Part shown: positions 25,971 through 32,000 of the stretch, one piece after another | How positions within the stretch are numbered: the first letter of the stretch is position 1 | Layout of the letters: each line of letters opens with the position of its first letter | NCBI GenBank assembly: GCA_963698135.1 | Contig: CAVOPP010000012.1 | Span: 112,385 to 144,384, forward strand | DNA length: 32,000 nucleotides | Direction of reading: 5' to 3' | Source: an uncultured Methanobacteriaceae archaeon | Lineage (GTDB): Archaea > Methanobacteriota > Methanobacteria > Methanobacteriales > Methanobacteriaceae | The notes under the pieces: generated by a model | The model's input: only the letters and a program-made list of their open reading frames with translations | Told to the model about the DNA's origin: nothing | The model's database searches: none | Translations under genes and position numbers: made by a program

Positions 25971-28073
25971 TTATAGGGAATGTTCTTTAGACTCTTTTTT
26001 GCTTTTTATAAGGTCTTCAATATCCTTTTTAAGGTCAAGGGCCTCCTGATTATCTGGATCAATCTCCAGAGTTCGGTGAACTGTTTCCAGGGATTCATCA
26101 AATCGTCCCATTATGGCCAGACTCACCGCCAGGGAGTTAAGGGCCCATTCAAATTCTCCATTAATGGCTATGGCCTTTTCAAATGACTCCACTGCATTTT
26201 TCTGGTCTTTCATTTGCTGATAGGTTATACCCAGCTCGTACCAGGCCCCGGCATGGTCGGGATATAAACCCACTATTTTCTGGAAGTATTCCAGTGATTC
26301 ATCTATTATTTCCAGGCGGCGCAGGGCATCGGCCTTTAAATAAAGGGCATCAAAGTCATCTGCTTCATTTTCCAGAATTACGTCCAGGGATTCCAGGGCC
26401 TCTTCCAGTTCTCCTTTCTGGCCCAGGGAAATGGCTTTTTTAATTAATACTTCTTTATTTTCTGGATCAAATTCTAAAACGCGATTGAAACATTCCAGAG
26501 ATCCGTCGTAATCTTTTAAATTATATAAAATCATGCCTTTAAAGAAATAAGCCGAAAGATTGTCTTCCTCCAGTGCCAGTACCCTTTCAAAGCATGGCAG
26601 GGCAGATTCTTCCTTCTCCTCGGTTAACAATAATTTCCCCTTCCACACCAGGGCCTCGGTATTTTCCGGGTTAATTTCCAGGGACTTATCCAGGGCCAAT
26701 AGTGCTTCTTCGTTTTTCCCAAGTTCTATTAATGACAATCCTTTATAAAACCAGGCCATATCAAATTCTGGTTCTTGGCTGATAATTTCCTCCAGACACT
26801 TTAAGGCCGGCTCTGGTTTTCCCATATTAAACAGGGCCTGGGCATAATAAAACCGGGCCATTAAAAGATCCGGTTCTAGGTCCAGGGCTCTTTTAAAACA
26901 ATCAGAGCGTCCTTAAAATTATCGGCAGACATTAAAATGTTTCCCTTATTTAACCAGGCATTGATATCATAGGGATTGAGTCTTAAGGCCTGATTAAAAC
27001 TCTTTAATCCCTCTACATCCTCCCCTAAACGCACCAGTGTGGCCCCTTTATTAGTCCAGGCATCAGAATAATTGGGATCGATTTCCAGGGCCTGGTTATA
27101 ACATGGCCAGTTCTTCTTCATGTTCCCCTAATTCCAGTAAGGATAGGGCCTTAGCATTCCATGCTTCAGGGTAGTTTTCATATAGTTCCAGTGCCTGGTC
27201 ATAGGCTTCAATTGATTCTGGATATTTTCCCAGTTCATATAGTACCAGTCCTTTTCTAAACCAGGCTTCGGGATTTAAATCATTGAGTTTCAGGGAAGTC
27301 TCCACACATTCTAAAGCTTTCTCAAAGTCCTTAATTTCATAAAAAAGGGTTCCCTTTAAAACCCAGGGCCGGTAATTATCTGGATCCAAATCCAGGGCCT
27401 GATTAAAAGAATTAAAGGCCTCTTCAAAGTCCCCTAAAATGGATAGGACGATTCCTTTAGAATTCCAGGCTTCTAACTCCTGGGGGTTGTATTTCAGGGC
27501 CTGATTAAATGTTTCCAGAGCCTCCTCAAAGTTTCCCATACCCATTAACATATTTCCTTTCCAGGTAATTATCTCCCCATCACCTCTATTTTCTTTTAAG
27601 ATGCTGTCAATTTCATCCAGGGCTTCGGGGTATTCTTCTAACTCCATTAAACAGTTTATTTTTTGTTTAAGCAGATTAAAATTATGGGGATCCTCTTTTA
27701 ATAGTTTATTAAATATTTCCAGAGATTCCAGGTAGCGGCCCATAGAGGATAAGAGGAAGGCCATGTTATTGAGGGTAATGGTATCTTCAGGATCCTTTTC
27801 CAGGGAAATCTGGAAATATTCCAGGGCCTCTTCATAGCGCCCTAACATGAACAGGGCATGGGATATGTTGTTTAGTGCCCATTCAAAGTCCGGGTCTATG
27901 TCCAGGGCTTTTTGAAAACTTTCCAGGGCTTCTTCTGGTCGGCTTAAGGCCACCAGGGCCATCCCTTTCTGGGTCCAGATTTCAGGGTTAAGGGGATCTT
28001 CTTTAAGTTCCTGGTTGCATTGTGTTACTATCTGTTCAAATTCTTCAGAACTTATCTCATTATCATTGGACAT
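25971..28073 (-). pseudogene. TPR-repeat protein of about 700 aa, split into three track ORFs by two single-nucleotide frame disruptions
   Basis: ORFs 27096..28073, 26876..27121 and 25971..26861 are all 34-residue TPR arrays. The TPR register continues exactly across both junctions if one nt is removed near 27100-27110 (…LGEHEEELAM|YNQALEIDPNYSDAW) and one nt is added near 26903-26906 (…NFKDAL|DCFKRALDLEPDLLMARFYY). Confidence 0.65.
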
Positions 28074-28272
28074 TATTCAGGCTCCATTACCGTTAAAGGG
28101 GGGTATTAAAAGTAATTATAATCTAATTTATAGTGAATAATCTACTTGTCATTTTTTATTAATTGATGAATTTAAAGGATAATATAAGCATATCCTTTAT
28201 TATATAATATTTAATATTAATTTCATTATATAATAAATTTAAGAGAATATAAAACATCAGGCAGGTTTATTC

Positions 28273-29773
28273 ATGGTTAAAATTGACTTTTATGGTGGAG
28301 TAGATGAAATAGGTGGAAATAAAATACATGTCCAGGGAAAAGAAAATTCCCTCTTTCTGGACTTTGGAAAAAGCTTTAATAAGGAAGGGGACTATTTTTC
28401 AGAATTTTTACAGCCCCGTAAATTAAATGGGATTATGGACCTGGTGGAATTTGGTTTACTGCCTTCTGTAAAGGGCCTGTACCGGGAAGACTATCTGCGA
28501 CACTGCGGCCTCAACCATTATGAAAAACCAGCCGCTGATGGTATTTTGATTTCCCACGCCCACCTGGACCACATGGGCTACCTGCACCACCTACGGGATG
28601 ACATACCATTTATAATGAGCAAAGAAAGCTATTTAATTATTAAGGCCCTGGAAGAAACAGGATTGGCCGGATTTAATAATTACCTGTCTTATTCCACTGA
28701 TTTTTTATACCTGGCCAAGGCCCGCCTGAGTAAAAATTCAAATACTACTCATAAGAAGGCCACCTCCCGGGACACCAAAAAACCCCGGCCTATTGAGATT
28801 TTAGAACCATATAAAAACTTTTCTTTAGGTGAATTTACCATACAATCGGCCCCGGTGGACCATTCTCTCCCAGGGGCCTGTGCCTTTATGGCAGATAATG
28901 GGGAAGAAGGACTGGTTTACACCGGGGATTTCCGTTTCCATGGTAAACGCGAAGATGAAACCCGGAAATTTATTAAAAAAGCTAAAAAGTTCTGCTCCCA
29001 CCACTTTAATCACGGAAGGAACCCGTATTGACCGGGACAAAAATACCACGGAAGAGGACATTGAAAAAAGAGCCCAGGAACTATCACTTTCCCACAAAGG
29101 CCTCATAATAGTCAATTACCCTATCAGAGATTTGGACCGGTTCTTAACCTTTTATGAAGCGGCCCGGGAGTCAGACCGGACCATGGTGGTCAATACCAAA
29201 CAGGCCTATCTATTAAATGAGTTTGCAGGTAAAGGATACCCGGAAATTGATGAGGTGGCGGTTTACGTACCCCGTAGAAGCTGGGGCCTTATGGGAGGCC
29301 AGTCCCAGGTGTGCTTTGACGGGGAATGGGTTAATGGCCAGGAACTGGATAATGAATATGTTATGGGGGACTATAAGGGATGGGAAAAGGAATACATTTC
29401 CTGGGATAACAATGTAAATTACTGTGATTTACAGGAAAACCCGGAAGAATATATGTTCCAGTGCGATTTCTTTGAATTCAAGGAACTGATTGACATCAAA
29501 CCAGAAAATGCTATCTATATCAAATCCAAGACCGAGCCCTTTAATGACGAGATGGAGATTGACGGCCGCCGGGAGAGAAACTGGTTAAAACACTTTAATA
29601 TTGAGGTGCACACCGGTTATCATGCCTCAGGCCATGCCTGTGCTCCGGAGATTCTGGATTTAGTCCGGGAAATTGGCCCAGAAAGTGTTTACCCGGTACA
29701 TACCCGCGATGCCGGGGCCTTTGATATTTTGTGTGATGAGGGGATTGAGGTAAAGTATGCCCGGTTAAAATGA
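28273..29773 (+). pseudogene. RNase J-like metallo-beta-lactamase / beta-CASP hydrolase of about 500 aa, interrupted by one frameshift
   Basis: Frame 1 has IDFYGGVDEIGGNK, LDFG, SHAHLDHMG and VDHSLPGA. It reads ...RKFIKKAKK and then becomes nonsense up to the stop at 29031. Frame 2 resumes with SAPTTLITEGTRI... and ends with HASGHA and VYPVHT. The shift falls in the A-rich stretch 28975-28995. Confidence 0.7.
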
Positions 29774-29903
29774 GTATTTAATTTCAATTATTATTTTTTT
29801 ATATTGAAAAGAAAAGAATAAATTTATATTATTTTTTTAAAAAAAATTAGAATTTTTGTACTATTTTTGGAATTAAAAAAGAATAAAAAAATAAGAAAAG
29901 AAT

Positions 29904-32000
29904 TTACCTTACAATATTCTTTTTCTTATTTCCAGTGGCGGTGTTAGACACCATCTTCACCCCGCTGCCCTTTACATAGAAACCATAAATTAAATTATTT
30001 TTGGCCACGTTTTTAGCAATCTGGGCATAGCTTCCTATGGAATAAATTCCACAGTTACTGTTGTAATAGGCCGCATTATAATAGATCCCGGCGTACTTAC
30101 CGGTGGAATATAATCCACTTCCTTTATTATAATGTAAGGAGTTTTTGGAGAGGATATTAGAGGTACCTACTGAGTATATTCCGTGCATAGTATTGTATTT
30201 AGCTGTATTGAGGTAAACCACGGCCTGGGATCCTTTAACATATATTCCGTATTTATTTCCCAGTACGCTGTTGTACTCGATAATGGCCTTACTACCGGTA
30301 GAAGCAATACCGCAGTTACCACTGGAGGTAACCTTGTTACTCAGTATTTGAGCATCAGAACCGGTGGAATAAACCCCATTGACGCTATTTTTATAGAGGG
30401 TGGAGTTATCTATGATGTCTTTAACTCCTGCAGAGTAAATACCATTTTGCAGGTTGTAAGAGGCATTTATATTCTGGATAAAAGCTGCAGAACCGGTGGA
30501 ATAGATCCCATTTAATTTATTGGAATTGGTTCCAATGCTGTACAGGTTAGCCTTACTACCGGTGGAGTAAACCCCATTTTGCAGGTTGTTATTGGTGTTG
30601 GCCCTCTGCAGTATTAAACCGTTTCCAGAGGAGCGTACTCCGTTTTGTCCATTGCTGGAGGCATTGACATAAAGTATGGTGGCATTGTTTCCCGCAGATA
30701 TAATACCGTTCTGGCCATTGCCGGAGGCATTGTAGACATAATAGATCCGGGCATTGGTTCCTGCAGAAGAGATACCATTCTGCTTATTGAAGCTGGTATC
30801 CATACTAAACACATACAAATTGGCCCCGGTAGAGTGTATCCCATTGATAACCGTTGTTATTGGATGTGGAGAAATATATGCTGTTACTGGTCCCGGTTAC
30901 GTGTATACCGTTCTGGGTGTTATTACGGGAGTAAACCGAGCTCATACTATTGCCATTACCACTGGAATAAATACCAGAAAGCCCGTTGTAGTAGGTGTAG
31001 GAATTCCGTTATCTGGGTGTTGTTTCCTGAGACAAATATACCGTGCATGGGAATTATTTACGGCATAAGCCTGAGAAATAGTGGCATTATTTCCCTTAGA
31101 ATAAATACCGTGCTCTTTGTTGTACATAACATCGTTTAAGGTGATATTGGCCTGGTTTCCCTGGGTGTAAATACCAGATTTGTTATTATAATTGGTGGTG
31201 TCGTTGTAGATGCGGGCATTATCCCCGGTGGAATTAATCCCATTTCCCTTGATACTGTAATAAACTTCGTTAGAATCTAAATTGGCCTTTTTTCCCGAGG
31301 AAGTGATTCCATCGTTCCCACTGGAGTAAATGTTATTGTACTTAAGGGTGTTATTGTCTCCGGTGGATTTTATACCGGACTGGTTGGCATAGCGTATGGT
31401 ATTGCCAGAAACCGTGACATTGTTTCCAGTAATTATTATACCATCCCGGGGAGAGGACACCAGGGTGCTGTTATTCAAGGTGGCATTGCTGGCCGAAATA
31501 TTCACTGATCCATTGATATTGAATCCCGTAACATTGGAATTATTAGCGGTATTTAAAATCTGGATAATATCATTGCTGCTGTTTCCAGTGAGGTTCACAC
31601 TCCCATTGGTCAGCAGGGACACTGGTTTATCCAGGATAATTTTCACATTCTCGTACAGGCCCTCCAGGAAGGTGAAGGTGTCTCCGTCCTGGAAGTCGTA
31701 GTCGGCTCCATCCAGGTTGAAGGTGCTGGCGATTCCCGTACTAGTGAATATATTAGTGTAAGTGGTGTTATTTACCAGGAAATTCCTGAAAATTTTATTA
31801 TTGGTTATAATTGCATCTGCACCGGTGGAATTGATGCTGCTGTTGTTGTTATAGTAGTAAATAGAGTTACCGGTGATGGTGGTGTTGTTTCCAGTAGAAG
31901 TTATGCCTGCTTTATTATATCGTAGAGTGTTGTTTATGATATGGGTGTTGTTTCCGGCAGTGTTGATACCTGAGAATGCGCTGTCACTTATCCGGTTATT
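29904..32000 (-). pseudogene. Large right-handed beta-helix (PbH1) repeat 'adhesin-like' protein. The N-terminus lies beyond the right edge, and three frame disruptions fall at about 30.85-31.05 kb
   Basis: Repeats of about 22 aa of the form N..NGIYS.G..A.I.. run through 29904..30818 and 30942..31646. I confirmed by manual translation that the same frame stays open upstream to 32000 (…IYYYNNNSSINSTGADAIITNNKIF…DGDTFTFLEGLYENVKIILDKP…). Between the track ORFs the repeat motif continues in the other two frames. Confidence 0.7.

Noticed and set aside
26183-26748. Plus-strand ORFs 26183..26443 and 26560..26748 (Pro/Gly/Arg-rich or Ser-rich) opposite the TPR gene.
   Set aside because: Their composition is the mirror of the CCAGGGCC-rich TPR coding strand. 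They have no motifs and no start context.
26876-27121. The 81-aa TPR ORF as an independent small gene, with programmed frameshifting as an explanation for the junctions.
   Set aside because: The TPR register runs uninterrupted across both boundaries after single-nucleotide corrections. I saw no slippery heptamer or downstream structure, so simple indels explain it better.
28829-29031. The 203-nt overlap of ORFs 28273..29031 and 28829..29773, as genuinely overlapping genes.
   Set aside because: The first 50-odd residues of the second ORF and the last ~15 of the first are nonsense relative to the MBL/beta-CASP family. The catalytic motifs are split between the two ORFs, which indicates one frameshifted gene.
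30183-31701. Plus-strand ORFs 30183..30515, 30645..31139, 30754..31068 and 31396..31701, as possible genes opposite the adhesin-like gene.
   Set aside because: They mirror the periodic repeat on the other strand and have no independent motifs. The minus-strand beta-helix repeat explains the open frames.

Overview
The window looks like chromosomal DNA from an AT-rich, pseudomurein-containing methanogen (Methanobacteriales, Methanobacterium-like). This is an inference from three Mur-ligase modules in an archaeal-style context, DUF169, DUF2085, beta-helix 'adhesin-like' repeats, GGAGGTGA-type ribosome-binding sites and oligo-T terminators. I found no rRNA, tRNA or CRISPR array. Layout, left to right: (1) a 5'-truncated tyrosine recombinase that is missing from the ORF track, then housekeeping or membrane genes: a small siroheme-type sulfite-reductase-like protein, a multi-PAS sensor, an AI-2E transporter and a secreted alpha/beta hydrolase. 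(2) A compact plus-strand operon at 7.8-14.0 kb: a MurD-like ligase, a 1017-aa tandem double Mur ligase with Cys-ribbon inserts, a membrane-anchored VanW-like protein and a MobA-like nucleotidyltransferase. This is most likely a pseudomurein peptide-stem locus. (3) DUF169, a zinc-ribbon miniprotein and a small alpha+beta protein. (4) A four-gene minus-strand operon at 15.9-18.3 kb: DUF2085, a membrane-anchored beta-rich protein, a receiver domain with Glu at the phospho-acceptor position, and a DUF6569/'ARPP-1'-like protein. (5) An accessory-looking stretch at 18.8-32 kb: an orphan Csa3-like CARF-wHTH regulator, an LCP-like exoprotein, a UvrD helicase fused to a Cas4/AddB-type Fe-S nuclease, an ADP-ribosylglycohydrolase with an extra N-terminal domain, a ~700-aa TPR gene, an RNase J-like beta-CASP hydrolase and a large beta-helix adhesin-like gene. 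The last three genes together carry six single-nucleotide frame disruptions within about 4.2 kb. No complete known defence or mobile system can be shown from the sequence. The most promising leads for new biology are the fused ligase operon with its unassigned accessory genes, the DUF2085-to-DUF6569 operon, and the CARF / helicase-nuclease / ARH neighbourhood. All family assignments rest on motif recognition by eye, with no database search.
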